A stretch of DNA of 64,000 nucleotides from Dehalococcoidia bacterium (GTDB lineage: Bacteria > Chloroflexota > Dehalococcoidia > DSTF01 > JACRBR01), in the NCBI GenBank assembly GCA_035632115.1, contig DASQHL010000144.1, forward strand, positions 1,833 to 65,832. The letters are read 5' to 3'. Below, in pieces: positions 18,138 to 28,477 of this stretch. Position 1 is the first letter of the stretch. Every line of letters starts with the position of its first letter. The notes beneath the pieces are model-generated. The model had not been told where the DNA came from and did no database searches. It worked only from the letters and a program-made list of their open reading frames with translations. The position numbers and the translations under genes were made by a program.

Positions 18138-20909
18138 TCACGCGGCGGCTTGCTCCTCCGGTGGGGTGAGGTCGCCGGGAAGCGCGCCGCGTTGCCAGAG
18201 GCGCAAGAACGCCTGCACCACGCGCGGGTTGAACTGCGTGCCGGACCATGCTTCCACTTCACGCGCGGCCGCCGACGCGGGCCGGCCGATGCGGTAGGGC
18301 CGGTCGTTCGTCATTGCGTCGAAGCAGTCGGCGACGGCAACGATGGTCGCGGCCTCCGGGATCTCTTCTCCGGCGAGGCCGTGGGGATAGCCACTGCCGT
18401 CCCAACGTTCGTGGTGCGCTTCGGCCACCGCCGCCGCCAGGTCGAATCCGGGCCGGCCGCGCAGGAACTCCGCGCCCCAGACGGTGTGCTGCTGCATGAT
18501 CGACCACTCATCGGTATCGAGGCGCTGGGCGCTGGAGAGCAGCGCCTCCGGCACGCGGATCTTGCCGATATCGTGCAGCACCGCCGCGAGGGCCAGCTCG
18601 CCGGCGGCGCGCGCGGTGTAGCCCAGCTCCAGGGCGATGGCCTCGCTGATCGTGCGGACGCGTTGCAGGTGGCGTCCGGTCGTGGCGTCGTGGGCCTCGG
18701 CGGCGGCCGCCAGCATCAGCACGGTCTCGGCCTGCGCGCGTTCCAGGCGTGCGGAGGTAGCGGCCATGCGGACGATCGCCGTCACCTGCGTGGCAACGGC
18801 GTTGAGGAACTGCGCGTCGCGGGCGCTGAAGGCATGGGTCCGGCCGGCGTGGACCGAGAGGACGCCCACCATCTCGTCGTGCCAGTACATCGGCGCGAGG
18901 ACGGCGGAGTGCACGCCCGTCGCCGCCGCGAGCCGGCGCTCGAGCGGCGTCAGTCGCTCGTCGTGCTGGACGTCGTCGAGGATGATCGGCGCGCGCGTCG
19001 CGCGGACAATGGGACCGAGGCCGGGATGTTCGGGCAGGATGCGGCGCTCCTTGAGCCACTCGGCGCCGACCTCCAACGCCTCAGGCGTCACCGGCGCGCC
19101 GTGCGTGCCTGAGGCGGCGTTGTTGGACGTGCCGAGGACGTCCGCATCGAACACCTCGAAGTTCACCAGCTCATAGCCGGCGCCGATAGAAAGTTGGTGC
19201 GCGACGAGTCGTAGCTTGTCGCCCGGCGTCCCCGCCAATGTCAACAGCGGGACGATCTCGCCCACCATCTGCGCCTCGCGGTCGTCTCCGGCGGGGCGTG
19301 GCGATGCCGGACCCGCGGTGCGGCGGCGCTGTTCGCGGCGCCGCTGGTACATGGCGCTGTCCGCCAGCTTGATCAGGTCTTCCACGCCGACAGCCTCGGC
19401 GGGGTACACCGCTATCCCCATGCTGACGACGACTGGTACCGTGAGATTGACGCTCCCGATCTGCACGGATGTGCCCTCGAGTTCCCGCGTCACGCTCTCG
19501 CGATACCGCTCGGCGGCGGGACGGCCGGCGCCGGGAAGCACTGCGATGAACTCGTCGCCGCCGTAGCGGCCGATGATCGCGCCGTCGCGGGCCATCGCGC
19601 CGGCGACGACGGCGAGGGCGCGGTCGCCGACCTGGTGGCCGTAGGTGTCGTTGGTGGCCTTCATACCATCGATGTCGACCATGGCCACCGCGAACGGGTG
19701 GCCTGGCTCGCGCTCGATGAGATCGCGCACGACGTCGGTGATGACGGCGTGGTTGAGCGTGCCGGTGAGGGCGTCGCGGTCGGCGCGGTCGCGCAGGGCG
19801 GCTTCGGCGCGCACCCGTTCGCTGATGTCGCGGAAGCTCCAGACGCGCCCATTGACGCGGCCATCCATGATGAGCGGGCGTGAGTAGCTTTCGATCGTGC
19901 GGCCGTCATTGAAACGGAGGGTCTCGGAGTGCTCCTCTGCGCTCAGGAACATCTCGCTCAACCGCTTCAGGAACCCGTCCGCGTCGTCGATCTGGCGGCC
20001 GATCAGCTCCCGCAGGCGGGGCCGGTCGCGGCTGTTCAGCACGTCGTCGGGCACGCCCCAGATCTGGCGGAACAGGGCGTTGGTGTGGACCTGCGAGTTC
20101 GCCGTCAACGCCAGAAGGCCGTCGGTGGTGGATTCAATCGTCTTGCGGAGGATCTCCTCGTTCGCCAGCAATGCGTCGTTCGCCTGGGCGAGGTCGCGGG
20201 TGCGTTCGGACACACGCTCCTCGAGTTCCCTGTTCGCCCGCTGCAGGCCCACGCGCGCTTCCAGCAGCGCGTCCTGGGACCGGACGGCCGAGTCGCGCTC
20301 CGAGCGGAGCTGGCGGCCGACCCAGTTGGTCCAGAGGTAGATGCTGTAGAAGACGCCCGCGCCGCCCAGCGCCGTGGTCAGGACGAAGCGGCCGTCCCGG
20401 TAGCTGAAGAGCCCGACACGGGGGTAGGTGTAGTACGGCACGACCCCTGTCGCCTCGAGGACGAGGAGCGCGAGAAAGGCAGCCGCGGCGCCGGTCGTGT
20501 AGATCAGCCCGCGCTTCAGATCGAGGAAGGTGTTGGTGAAGATGAGACCGAAGACGTAGGCGAACGCGCCGAGCCAGGCGACGCCGCCAAGGAAGTAGAC
20601 CATCGTGGTGTGAAAGATGATCTCCGCGGCGAGCATGACGTAGTGCGCGCGCTCGATCTGGCGCGCGGACGGGAGCAGCGCGACGACGCGCAGGTAGACG
20701 ACGAAGAACAGCGCCTCGCAGCAGAGGACGGCGAGGAACGGCGTGGGCATCGGCAGACCGATGACCAGCAGGAGCAGCCAGAGGGCGATGAAGAGGCCGA
20801 TGACGACGAGGCGTGCGAGCGCCTGCGGCGTTTGCTCGCGTCGCCGTGCTTGAAGGCGGTCGGATGGGCGCGCGCCTTCACGGGCACGTGCGACAGCAGT
20901 GCTCAGCAT
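18138..20909 (-). CDS. Membrane-anchored PAS-GGDEF-GAF-HD-GYP signalling protein (c-di-GMP synthesis and hydrolysis domains)
   Basis: About 5 N-terminal TM helices are followed by a PAS domain. GGDEF carries RYGGDEF, with a GAF domain after it. HD-GYP carries HDIGK...HHERWDGSGYP. Confidence 0.85.
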   Translation of the reverse strand: MLSTAVARAREGARPSDRLQARRREQTPQALARLVVIGLFIALWLLLLVIGLPMPTPFLAVLCCEALFFVVYLRVVALLPSARQIERAHYVMLAAEIIFHTTMVYFLGGVAWLGAFAYVFGLIFTNTFLDLKRGLIYTTGAAAAFLALLVLEATGVVPYYTYPRVGLFSYRDGRFVLTTALGGAGVFYSIYLWTNWVGRQLRSERDSAVRSQDALLEARVGLQRANRELEERVSERTRDLAQANDALLANEEILRKTIESTTDGLLALTANSQVHTNALFRQIWGVPDDVLNSRDRPRLRELIGRQIDDADGFLKRLSEMFLSAEEHSETLRFNDGRTIESYSRPLIMDGRVNGRVWSFRDISERVRAEAALRDRADRDALTGTLNHAVITDVVRDLIEREPGHPFAVAMVDIDGMKATNDTYGHQVGDRALAVVAGAMARDGAIIGRYGGDEFIAVLPGAGRPAAERYRESVTRELEGTSVQIGSVNLTVPVVVSMGIAVYPAEAVGVEDLIKLADSAMYQRRREQRRRTAGPASPRPAGDDREAQMVGEIVPLLTLAGTPGDKLRLVAHQLSIGAGYELVNFEVFDADVLGTSNNAASGTHGAPVTPEALEVGAEWLKERRILPEHPGLGPIVRATRAPIILDDVQHDERLTPLERRLAAATGVHSAVLAPMYWHDEMVGVLSVHAGRTHAFSARDAQFLNAVATQVTAIVRMAATSARLERAQAETVLMLAAAAEAHDATTGRHLQRVRTISEAIALELGYTARAAGELALAAVLHDIGKIRVPEALLSSAQRLDTDEWSIMQQHTVWGAEFLRGRPGFDLAAAVAEAHHERWDGSGYPHGLAGEEIPEAATIVAVADCFDAMTNDRPYRIGRPASAAAREVEAWSGTQFNPRVVQAFLRLWQRGALPGDLTPPEEQAAA

Positions 20910-20940
20910 CGGGGAAGTATCGGTACGGAGAGGCGCGACA

Positions 20941-20969
20941 TTGACGGCCGCCCGTTACTTGTCATAACA
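20941..20969 (+). promoter_or_regulatory. Promoter candidate TTGACG-17 nt-ATAACA in the divergent intergenic region
   Basis: Spacing and hexamers read from the sequence. RBS GGGAGAG precedes the 21050 ATG. Confidence 0.25.
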
Positions 20970-21049
20970 CATTGGCGGTCGCCGCCGGCGCGCCGCTGTC
21001 GTAGCATGCCCGCGAGTGCATTCAGGGTGCGCGAGCAGGGAGAGACAAG

Positions 21050-22301
21050 ATGACAGCGGTCGTAACCGGGGCGACGCTGATCGACCGGCACCGGCCGCGA
21101 TCCCATCGCCGGCGCCACGGTGATCATCGAGGACGGGCGCATCGCGCGGGTGGGGACCGCCATCGACATGCCGCGCGACGCCGAGATGTTCGACGCGGCC
21201 GGGGGCACGCTGATGCCCGGCATGATCGATTGCCACGTCCACCTGCTGTTCCATCCGGGGTCGCTGCAAGAGCGGCTGCTGACGCCGCCGTCGCTCCAGC
21301 TCTTCGAGGGTGCGCGCAACGCGCTGGCGACGCTGGACGCCGGCGTAACGACGGTGCGGGACGCTGGCGGCACGCCGCAGGGGTTCAAGCTGGCGATCGA
21401 GCGGGGCCTGATTCCCGGGCCGCGGATGCGCATCGCCGTAGGCATGTTGTCGCAGACCGGCGGACACGGCGACGCCACGATGCCGTCGGGCGTTCGGACG
21501 CGAGCGCCGTGGGGGCCGGAGTTCCCGGAGAACATCTGCGACGGCCCGGACGAGGTGCGGACGGCGACGCGCGGCATGCTGCGGGCCGGGGCGGACTTCA
21601 TCAAGCTGTGCTCGACCGGCGGCGTGCTCTCGCCCGCCGACGAGCCGGGGCACACGCAGTTCACTCCGGCGGAGATCGCGGTGGCGGTGGAGGAGGCGCG
21701 AGCGGCGGGGAAGACCTGCATGGCGCATGCGCAGGGCACGCAGGGGATCAAGAACGCTGTCCTCGCCGGCGTCGAATCGATTGAGCACGGGGTGTTCCTG
21801 GACGACGAGGCGATCGCCGAGATGCAGCGGCGCGGCACGTTCCTGGTGCCGACGCTCGTCGCGCCGGTGTGGGTGCTCCGCAACGCGGAGCGCAGTCCGG
21901 GCAGCATCCTGCCGCAGTCTCTTCGGAAGTCGAAGGAGGTGATGGAGGACCACCGGGCGAGCTTCCGGCGGGCGGCGCAGGTCGGCCTCCGCATCGCCAT
22001 GGGCACGGACAGCGGCGTCGGGCCGCACGGCCACAACGCCGAGGAGCTGGAGCTGATGGTCGCCGGCGGACTGACGCCGATGCAGGCGATCGTGGCGACG
22101 ACGACGACGGCGAGCGAGTGCCTCCACATGGCGGAGCAGGTCGGCACCATCGAAGAAGGGAAGCTGGCGGACCTGCTGGTGGTCGCGGGCGACCCGCTGG
22201 CGGACATCGCGGTGCTGCAGGACCGCGCGAAGCTGGCGCTGATCATGCAGGCGGGCCGTGCGCACAAGGCCGCGCTGCCGCTGCGGGCGGGGCGCGGCTA
22301 G
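21050..22301 (+). CDS. Amidohydrolase-family protein (imidazolonepropionase/prolidase-like) with an apparent 1-nt insertion near 21087
   Basis: MTAVVTGATLID (frame of 21050) followed by GTGRDPIAGATVIIEDGRIARVG...MPGMIDCHVHLLF in the frame of 21120. Joining them gives the classic ATLIDGTG...IEDGRI amidohydrolase N-terminus. Confidence 0.7.
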
Positions 22302-23220
22302 GTCTTGCCGATGAGCCCGGTGAGCAACGCCGTCGTGCGCGCGATGGAGGCGGCGGTGTCTGCGCCGGCGGGCACGATCCCGGCGATGAAGTCGGTCGCG
22401 CCGGCGGCGGCCAGATCGCGGAGCTGGCGCTCGACCGCCGCCTCGTCGCCGAGGATGGCGACGTCGGCCGGGCCCTCGACGCCCTCCTTATCGAGCATGC
22501 GGCGGTAGTTTGGCAGGCGGCCGTAGATCTGAAAGATGCGGGCGCAGGCTTCGCGCGTGGCGGCGATCTCTTCGGTGACGGCGACGGGCAGGCAGACGGC
22601 GACGCGCGGCCGCGGACGCCCCGCCGCCTCGGCTGCGGCGTTGATCTTCGGAGCAACGTGCGCGGCGATCGTGCGGACGCCCGTCATCCAGGTGACGGTG
22701 CCGTCCGCCAGCTCGCCTGCGAGGCGGAGCATGCGCGGCGCCAGGGCGGCCACGATCACGGGCAGCGGCGCCGCGTCCGGCACGGCCAGCGTCGCCGTCG
22801 TGCGGTAGAGGTCGCCGGCGTGGCCGACCTTGTGCTCGCGGGCCAGCGGCAGCAGCACCTTCAGATACTCCTCCATGTGCCGCGCCGGGTGTTCGTAGGA
22901 GAGCCCCCACATGTTCTCGACGACGACGTGATGCGAGAGTCCGATGCCGAGCACGAAGCGGCCCGACGTGGCCGCCTGCACCGTCACTGCCTCTTGCGCC
23001 ATAGCGAACGGGTGGCGCAGGTACGTCGGCACCACGGCCGTGCCCAGCTCGATGTGCGCCGTGCGCGCGCCGGCGAGCGCGATCACGGTCATCGGGTCGG
23101 TGCCGAAGATGTTGCTGAACCACGCCGACTCGAAGCCCGCGGCCTCCGCGTCGATCACTTGCTGCACGTGCTGCGCGACGGGCACGTCGCCGCCCAGGTT
23201 GATGCCGATGCGCATCGTCA
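22298..23220 (-). CDS. LLM-class (luciferase-like) F420/flavin-dependent oxidoreductase
   Basis: MTMRIGINLGG...AEAAGFESAWFSNIFGTDPM...VVPTYLRHP matches the LLM family. Confidence 0.75.
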
Positions 23221-24174
23221 TAGTCCTTTCAGGAAGTCGAGCAGCGCGGCGTTGACTTCGTCCGGGCGCTCCTGCTGGGTCCAGTGCCCGGCGCCCGGCA
23301 GCATGACCACGCGCCGCAGGTTGGGCACGAACGGCTTCATCGCCTCGATGCCGCCCGGGTTCATGGCGATGACGCCATCGCGGTCGCCGCAGACGAAGAG
23401 CGCGGGCTGTGTCACCTTCGCGCCGGCGAGGTGCGGCAGCTCGTCCCAGTCGCGGTCCATGTTGCGGTAGCGGTTGAGGCCGCCGCGGAAGCCCGTGCGC
23501 TCGAACTCCGCCGTGAAGTAGTCCAGGTCCTGCTCGGTGAGCCATGCCGGGAGCGATGCCGGCTCCGGCATGCCATCGAGGAACTTCGCGTCCTTCTGCT
23601 TCACCCAGCCGGCGGCATCGCGCGGGGCGTCGCCGGACGCGGCGTAGAGGAAGAGCCGCATGGAGCGGCGCACGTCCGCCTGCAGCTCGGCCTCGGCGAC
23701 GCCCGGCGCCTGGAAGTAGAGGATGTAGAAGAACGTGTCGCCGAAGACCTGCTTGAAGAGCTGGGTCGGGGGCATGGGCGCGCGCGGCAGGAAGGGCACG
23801 CTCATGCCGGCGACGGCGCGGAAGTGCTCCGGGTAGAGGACGGCGCTGGTCCAGGCGATCGGCGCGCCCCAGTCGTGGCCGACGATGACGGCGGGCTTCG
23901 CGCTGAGCGCATCGACGATGCCGGCCATGTCGGCCGTCATCTCCTTCATGCTGTACGCCTCGATCAGCTCCGGCGCGTCGCTGCGGCCGTAGCCGCGCAC
24001 GTCGACGGCGGCGGCGTGGTAGCCGGCGGCGGCCAGCGCAGGGATCTGGTGGCGCCACGAGTACCACGACTCGGGAAAGCCGTGGACGAGCAGCACGAGC
24101 GGCCCGTCGCCGGCTTCGGCGAGGTGGACGTTGATGCCGTTCGTCTTGAGCGTGCGGTGTGTGATCTCGGACAT
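23218..24174 (-). CDS. Alpha/beta hydrolase (epoxide-hydrolase-like)
   Basis: LLVHGFPESWYSWRHQIP and VGHDWGAPIAW are the HGxP and nucleophile-elbow motifs. Confidence 0.8.
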   Translation of the reverse strand: MSEITHRTLKTNGINVHLAEAGDGPLVLLVHGFPESWYSWRHQIPALAAAGYHAAAVDVRGYGRSDAPELIEAYSMKEMTADMAGIVDALSAKPAVIVGHDWGAPIAWTSAVLYPEHFRAVAGMSVPFLPRAPMPPTQLFKQVFGDTFFYILYFQAPGVAEAELQADVRRSMRLFLYAASGDAPRDAAGWVKQKDAKFLDGMPEPASLPAWLTEQDLDYFTAEFERTGFRGGLNRYRNMDRDWDELPHLAGAKVTQPALFVCGDRDGVIAMNPGGIEAMKPFVPNLRRVVMLPGAGHWTQQERPDEVNAALLDFLKGL

Positions 24175-24232
24175 GGAACCTCCGGTGGCGTTCGGCCTGT
24201 GAACAAGACTATCGTGGACGCCGGCGCCTGGC

Positions 24233-25411
24233 TCAAGCGGCCGGCCTGCGGCGCGACCTGAAGGCGGCAGTGATTGCGAACATCAGCCCGCACAGCGCCG
24301 CCGTCACGGCAACACCCTGGCGCGGGCCGGCGCCGACGAGGACCTTCCCCTGGAGCCACGGGATCGCCAGCCCGCCCGCGTTGCCCAGCGTCACCGTCGC
24401 CGCGGTGACGTTGCCCGGCGCGTTGGCGCTGGCGATGGCGAGCGTCGTCGGCCAGATCGGCCCGAGGCAGAGCCCCGCGCCCGCGACGGCCGCCGCGCTC
24501 AGCGCGATGTTGCCGGACACGATCGCCAGCGCGAGCGACGAGACGCCGGCGCCGGCGACCGACGCGATCAGCAGCAGGCTGGCCTCGCGACCGCGCGCGA
24601 AGTAGATCCCGCTGACGATGCGGCCGAGCGCCAGCGCCGCCCAGTAGCCGGACGTGAGGAGCGCGCCCGCCAGCACGCCGGCGTGCGCCGTCTCGCGCGT
24701 GTACGACGACACCCACGTGCCCAGGCCGAACTCCGCGCCGACGTACAGGAAGAGCACTACGCCCATCGTCCACGATGTGGCGTTTCCGGGGAGGCGGAAC
24801 GGCTCGTCCGGCGCGGGGATCGGCGTGTGCTCCGGCGCCGCCGCGGCGAGCATGACGAGCAGCGTCAGCGCTTCGAACGCCGCGATCCCCGCGAAGACGG
24901 GCCAGCGCTCGCCCGTGTTCGCCAGGATCACGCCGGCCCAGACGGGCCCGGCCATCGCGCCGAACGCGAAGAACAAGTTCAGACGGTTGATGGCGGCGGG
25001 CGCATCGCGTGACGTGCGGCTCATCAGGATGTGCAGCGCGGCGACGACCAGTCCGTCTCCCGCGCCCAGGACGACGCCGCCGGCCAGGGCAACCGGCCAC
25101 CCCGGCGCGGCCGCGAGCAGCGCCATGCCTGAGGCGGCCGCCGCGAGGCCCCAGAGTGAGAGCATGCGTGTATCGCGCCCGTGCAGCGCGATGGCCACGG
25201 AGGCCGACGCGGTGATCGAGCCGATGAACAGCGCGGTGAGCAGCAGGCCCGCCGTATCGAGCGAGACGCCGAGGTCGCTGGCCAGGAAGGGCAGGGCTGG
25301 TCCGAACGACGCGGCGTACATCCCCACGCCGAAGAACGCCATCAGCGCGGCGGCATGCAACAGCCGATGATCTTCGAGGTGGGGGGCGGCGAGCACGCGG
25401 CCAGCGTACAA
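24233..25411 (-). CDS. MFS transporter
   Basis: 392 aa with 12 predicted TM helices and MFS-like loop motifs. Confidence 0.75.
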   Translation of the reverse strand: MYAGRVLAAPHLEDHRLLHAAALMAFFGVGMYAASFGPALPFLASDLGVSLDTAGLLLTALFIGSITASASVAIALHGRDTRMLSLWGLAAAASGMALLAAAPGWPVALAGGVVLGAGDGLVVAALHILMSRTSRDAPAAINRLNLFFAFGAMAGPVWAGVILANTGERWPVFAGIAAFEALTLLVMLAAAAPEHTPIPAPDEPFRLPGNATSWTMGVVLFLYVGAEFGLGTWVSSYTRETAHAGVLAGALLTSGYWAALALGRIVSGIYFARGREASLLLIASVAGAGVSSLALAIVSGNIALSAAAVAGAGLCLGPIWPTTLAIASANAPGNVTAATVTLGNAGGLAIPWLQGKVLVGAGPRQGVAVTAALCGLMFAITAAFRSRRRPAA

Positions 25412-25481
25412 GCGCCCATCCGCGGGCGATAGCCACCCGGCGCACCTGTCGCATCGACGCGCACCACACTATCCTGCATGC

Positions 25482-26441
25482 ATGAAGACCACGCGGCTCG
25501 GCGCCACCGATCTTGCCGTCTCCAACCTGTGCCTCGGCACCATGCAGTTCGGCTGGACGGCCGACGAACGCGCATCGTCCGAGGTGCTCGACGCGTTCGT
25601 CGCGGCCGGCGGCAACTTCATCGATACGGCGGACATCTACAGCCGCTGGGCGAAGGGGAACCACGGCGGCGAGGCCGAGGAGATCGTCGGGCGCTGGCTG
25701 CAGGCGCGCGGCAACCGGCGTGACGTCGTCGTCGCCACGAAGGTACGGGGCGAGATGTGGAAGGGGGCCGACGGCGAGGGGCTGAGCCGCGCGCACATCA
25801 CGCGCGCGGTCGAGGACAGCCTCCGTCGCTTGCAGATCGATACGATCGACCTGTACCAGTGCCACTGGCCCGACGAGGGGACGCCGATCGAGGAGACACT
25901 CGCGGTGTTCGGGGAGCTGATCGCGGCGGGCAAGGTCCGCTACATCGGCGCATCGAACTACTCTGCGGCCCAGCTCCGGGCGGCGCTGGACACGGCTTCG
26001 GTGCGCGGCCTGCCCGCGTTCGCGACGCTGCAGCCGCACCACAACCTCGTGCATCGCGCGGAGTACGAGGAGGAGCTGGCGGCGCTCTGCGTGACGGCCG
26101 GCATCGGAGTCATCCCGTACAGCCCGCTTGCCGGCGGCTTCCTCACGGGAAAGTACCGCAAGGGGCAGCCGCTGCCGGCGAGCCAGCGCGCCGGCGGCGT
26201 GAAGAAGTACCTCAACGATGAAGGCTACGCCGTGGTGGACGCACTGGCGGGCGTAGCGGGTTCGCACGGCACGACGATCGCGGCGGCCGCGCTCGCCTGG
26301 GAGCTGACGCGCCCGGGCATCCAGTCGCCGATCATCGGCGCGAACTCGACGGATCAGCTTTCGGCGCTGCTCCCCGGAGCGGAGCTGGCGCTTGCCGCCG
26401 ACGAGATCGCCGCACTCGACGCGGCGAGCGTGGGGCGGTAG
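25482..26441 (+). CDS. Aldo/keto reductase
   Basis: LGTMQFGW...FIDTADIYS...GASNYS AKR motifs. Confidence 0.85.
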   Translation: MKTTRLGATDLAVSNLCLGTMQFGWTADERASSEVLDAFVAAGGNFIDTADIYSRWAKGNHGGEAEEIVGRWLQARGNRRDVVVATKVRGEMWKGADGEGLSRAHITRAVEDSLRRLQIDTIDLYQCHWPDEGTPIEETLAVFGELIAAGKVRYIGASNYSAAQLRAALDTASVRGLPAFATLQPHHNLVHRAEYEEELAALCVTAGIGVIPYSPLAGGFLTGKYRKGQPLPASQRAGGVKKYLNDEGYAVVDALAGVAGSHGTTIAAAALAWELTRPGIQSPIIGANSTDQLSALLPGAELALAADEIAALDAASVGR

Positions 26442-26455
26442 GCGCGCCCACCCGG

Positions 26456-27613
26456 CTACACGGTTGTTTCGGCAGGCGCGGCCGCGCGCGTCCGTTCGAC
26501 GAGCTGGCGTTCGTAGATCAGGCGCTCGTAGTACGAGATAACCTGGCGGCTGACGCGGTCCCAGCTGAAATACTGCGCGCGCTCGCGTCCGCGCCGCGCC
26601 ATCTCCGCCGACCGGGCCGGGTCGTGCAGCAGCTCGATGAGCGCGTCCGCGAGCGCCTGCGCGTCCTCCGGCCGCACCAGCAGGCCCTCGACGCCGTTCG
26701 TGACGACGCCGGCGAACCCGTCGATGTTCGACGCGGCGATCGGCAGGCCGGCGGCCATCGCCTCCAGCAGCACGATGCCCTGGCTCTCGAACCCCGTGTT
26801 GGGCGCGCAGAAGACGTGCGCGGTGTGGTGGTAGCGCGGCAGTTCACCGAACGGGACGTGGCTGCGAAACACCACATCGCGCAGGCGCGCGTTTCGCACC
26901 GCCTTCTCGTACCGGTCGAACTTCCCCGCGCCGACGACGATCAGGCGGCTGTCCGGGATCGTCCGCTGCACCCCCACGAACGCCCGGATCAGGTACTTCA
27001 GCCCCTTGCGCTTCTCCGGACGGCCGACAAAGAGGACGTTGCGCTTGCCATCGCTGAACTCCGGCAGCGGCGCCACGTCCGCCGCGAAGTGCTCGAGGTC
27101 CACGCCGTTCGGGATCACGTTGTAGTAGCCGGGGAAGTACTTTTCGACGTGGCGGACGGCGGCCGGCGACACCGCGATCTTCCCGTCGAGCTTGCGCGCC
27201 CAGCGCTTGATCAGCCGGCGGCCGTACACGTACGCCCAGTTCGACTCGCGCGCGGCGTGCCACGTGCCGACGTTGACCGTCGTGGAGTAGCGCAGGAACT
27301 GAATGGGCAGCGTCGGCATGAACGGCTCGTGGACGTGCACGATGTCGAAGTCGGTTCCGGCGAGCACGCGCTTCACGGCGCCGGTCGTGCGCAGCGACAG
27401 CGTGATCCGCGCCACCGAGCCGCTCACCCGCAGCGGGATCGGCCGGCCGATCGTCGTAATCGGGCAGACGGTGCTGGCCACGGGCTTCGAACCCGCGGCG
27501 ATGATGTGCGGCTCATGGCCCATCTCCACGAAGCGCTCCGCAAGGTGCGCGATGTGGTTGTTGACGCCGCCGGAGACGGTCCAATCATAGGGTGAGACCA
27601 GGGCAACCTTCAT
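26456..27613 (-). CDS. GT4 glycosyltransferase (PimA-like mannosyltransferase candidate)
   Basis: MKVALVSPYDWTVSGGVNNHIAHLAERF... is the GT-B/GT4 N-terminus and the C-terminal EGFGIVLLEAMAAGLPIAASN motif is present. Start refined to the internal ATG at 27613. Confidence 0.8.
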   Translation of the reverse strand: MKVALVSPYDWTVSGGVNNHIAHLAERFVEMGHEPHIIAAGSKPVASTVCPITTIGRPIPLRVSGSVARITLSLRTTGAVKRVLAGTDFDIVHVHEPFMPTLPIQFLRYSTTVNVGTWHAARESNWAYVYGRRLIKRWARKLDGKIAVSPAAVRHVEKYFPGYYNVIPNGVDLEHFAADVAPLPEFSDGKRNVLFVGRPEKRKGLKYLIRAFVGVQRTIPDSRLIVVGAGKFDRYEKAVRNARLRDVVFRSHVPFGELPRYHHTAHVFCAPNTGFESQGIVLLEAMAAGLPIAASNIDGFAGVVTNGVEGLLVRPEDAQALADALIELLHDPARSAEMARRGRERAQYFSWDRVSRQVISYYERLIYERQLVERTRAAAPAETTV

Positions 27614-28410
27614 CGCGGACCGCCCTCGTGAGGCGGTGGCGTGGTGGGGCGGGGCCGGTGGCGCGCGTGGCTCACGACGAAGCTGCGGATCGTCGGCGCC
27701 CAACCCATCGCGCGGGGCGTGGCCATCATCCCCCGCCACTGCTGCAGCGCGATGTTTCGGTACCCCAGTTCGGACAGGCGCGGCGGCCGTCCGGGCACGC
27801 CGGACGTCGTCCCCGCCTCGATGGCGCGGCGCAGTGCCTCCGCGGTATGGCCCTGGAACTGCGTGCGCGCGCTGCCGATCGACTGGAGGAAGTGCGCGTC
27901 GCTGGACCCGACCGCTGCCAGGTGGAAGCGCTCGCGGTTGAGCCGCCGCGCCCGCCCGGACGACACGCGGCCGGCCGGGCTCAGGTTGTACTCCTCGATG
28001 CCGTCGAAGTGCGCCGCCGGGTCGGCGCTGGCGGCGACGCGCTCCAGGACCCGCGCGCTGACGCTGCGGGTCAGCCAGGAGAGCGGGTGCGGCACGATGG
28101 CGAGTCCACCCTGACGGTGGATGCCCGCAAGCGTCTCTTCCACCCGGCGGAAGCTGGCGACCGGGTCATCAATGAACAGCGCCAGCAGGTGGCCATCGAG
28201 CGTGGTCACCTCCATGCCGCAGACCAGGTCGAAGGCGTATGCGCCGCGGGCGTGCAGATTGCGCGCCTCATCGGCCGGGCGCAGCGTGTCGTGCTCGGTG
28301 ACGGCGATCACGTCGAGGTCGCGGCGTTCTCCGACGAAGTGCAGCAGCTCGGGCACGGTGGCCATGCCATCGCCGTAGCGCGTGTGGATATGGAGGTCTG
28401 CTGTTCCCAC
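27610..28410 (-). CDS. PHP-domain metal-dependent phosphoesterase
   Basis: ADLHIHTRYGDG...IAVTEHDT...IVPHP are PHP His/Asp motifs. The stop overlaps the GT4 start. Confidence 0.75.
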   Translation of the reverse strand: MGTADLHIHTRYGDGMATVPELLHFVGERRDLDVIAVTEHDTLRPADEARNLHARGAYAFDLVCGMEVTTLDGHLLALFIDDPVASFRRVEETLAGIHRQGGLAIVPHPLSWLTRSVSARVLERVAASADPAAHFDGIEEYNLSPAGRVSSGRARRLNRERFHLAAVGSSDAHFLQSIGSARTQFQGHTAEALRRAIEAGTTSGVPGRPPRLSELGYRNIALQQWRGMMATPRAMGWAPTIRSFVVSHARHRPRPTTPPPHEGGPR

Positions 28411-28477
28411 GCTGCGTCACATCGCGCTCGAGGGTGCGCGCTCCGGTCCCGGCGTCCGGACGGGCGGCCGGCTGCCG

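Noticed and set aside
20955-22265. 436-aa minus-strand ORF antisense to the amidohydrolase gene
   Set aside because: Antisense artefact. The sense strand carries clear amidohydrolase motifs.
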